DNA of 52,547 nucleotides from Gallionellales bacterium UBA7399. GTDB taxonomy: Bacteria > Pseudomonadota > Gammaproteobacteria > Burkholderiales > Gallionellaceae. The stretch's first letter is position 1. Every line of letters starts with the position of its first letter. The stretch spans positions 1 through 52,547 of the forward strand of contig DKNB01000059.1 in the NCBI GenBank assembly GCA_002470125.1, read 5' to 3'. The position numbers and the translations under genes were made by a program. The notes under the pieces are model-generated. The model was not told where the DNA came from. It made no database searches and worked only from the letters and a program-made list of their open reading frames with translations. Shown in pieces: positions 51,951 to 52,547 of the stretch.

Positions 51951-52273
51951 TGGGCGTCCATGAGTAATTGTTTGTCCGCGTAGGTGTTGTTGATCGATAT
52001 TTCATATGCTTCCCTTGAAATATTTTACCCTAAAAATGGTGCAACCCAACCCCCTAAGCATCCAGATGCGACCAGCCCGTTGAGCATTTTGTAATGCATG
52101 TAACCTGATCGTTCAGGGTAATTGTTTAATTGCCCTGTGAGAGTGCATTTGATTTACACGCTGTTGCGCCTGAGTCAATGCCAAAATTTAAGCCCAGCGG
52201 ACATGCCATAAGCAAACTGAAGCATGCAGTGCAAGTTTAAAAGATTGGCTTATGAAGTATTGCAACAAAATAC

Positions 52274-52309
52274 TTGACTATCCCCAGCTGCTCTGTATAA
52301 TTCGCCCTC
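52274..52309 (+). promoter_or_regulatory. rRNA operon promoter
   Basis: TTGACT-16 bp-TATAAT, GC-rich discriminator TCGCCCTC, A-rich sequence upstream; a 16-bp spacer is typical of rrn promoters. Confidence 0.88.
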
Positions 52310-52326
52310 TCGTTGCTAAGGCAACC

Positions 52327-52448
52327 CGTTCTTTAAAAGTTTACAGACAACCGACGAGTGTGGGTATATGCGTTGAGGTGTTAAGAATCAGACGAATTTA
52401 TTCGTATGATTGTTAATGTCTTCAAGACATAAAAGTAGTAACTCACAC
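52327..52448 (+). promoter_or_regulatory. rrn leader antitermination elements (boxA, boxC)
   Basis: boxA-like CGTTCTTTAAAA 52327-52338; boxC GTGTGGG 52358-52364 with partner CTCACAC 52442-52448. Confidence 0.75.
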
Positions 52449-52529
52449 GAAGTTGAAAAAATGAAATATTGATTCGCTTTGAGTGAGATCGATTTGCCCG
52501 TAAGGGTAAATCAAAACAGCATAGAGATT

Positions 52530-52547
52530 GAACTGAAGAGTTTGATC
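52530..52547 (+). rRNA. rrs: 16S rRNA, 5' end only (truncated by window)
   Basis: GAACTGAAGAGTTTGATC contains the universal AGAGTTTGATC (27F site) downstream of the rrn promoter and leader. Confidence 0.92.

Noticed and set aside
172-51963. The many 60-227 aa alternative-frame and antisense ORFs in the track (e.g. 13770-14327, 23879-24364, 40760-41443)
   Set aside because: They overlap well-supported genes, show no recognisable motifs, and look like shadow ORFs.
1-52547. CRISPR arrays, IS elements, integrases, prophage or defence genes
   Set aside because: No regularly spaced direct repeats, terminal inverted repeats or matching ORFs seen; every long ORF except the lipoprotein belongs to a housekeeping family.

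Overview
This is a core-genome window from a betaproteobacterium. Gene order and protein style look Nitrosomonadales/Gallionellaceae-like, but that is judged by eye. It holds about 43 housekeeping CDSs: LOG, polA, ilvA, ygfA, aceEF, nadD-rsfS-rlmH-rng, grxD, argH, ppc, hemCDXY, rfbBDAC, amgK-murU-pepP-ubiH, lptD-surA-pdxA-rsmA, rph-rdgB-msrA-hemW, thiSG-trmB, a YdcF gene, mltA, ridA-recG-ubiC-ubiA, tsaD, plsY, folB and tyrS. It also holds tRNA-Arg(CCG), tRNA-Gly(CCC), and the promoter, leader and first 18 nt of a 16S rRNA gene. I see no transposase, integrase, prophage, CRISPR array or defence system, and I cannot support a new multi-gene system here. The most interesting signal is a possible pattern of genome erosion. 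DNA polymerase I has lost two of its four proofreading carboxylates. tRNA-Gly has an altered identity pair and ends CCG. Several usual operon partners (lpdA, maf, yhdP, rpsU) are missing. Some spacers read like frameshifted gene relics (OmpA/Pal, YhdP N-terminus, Maf, a receiver domain). The relic calls are by-eye hypotheses that need frameshift-aware searches.
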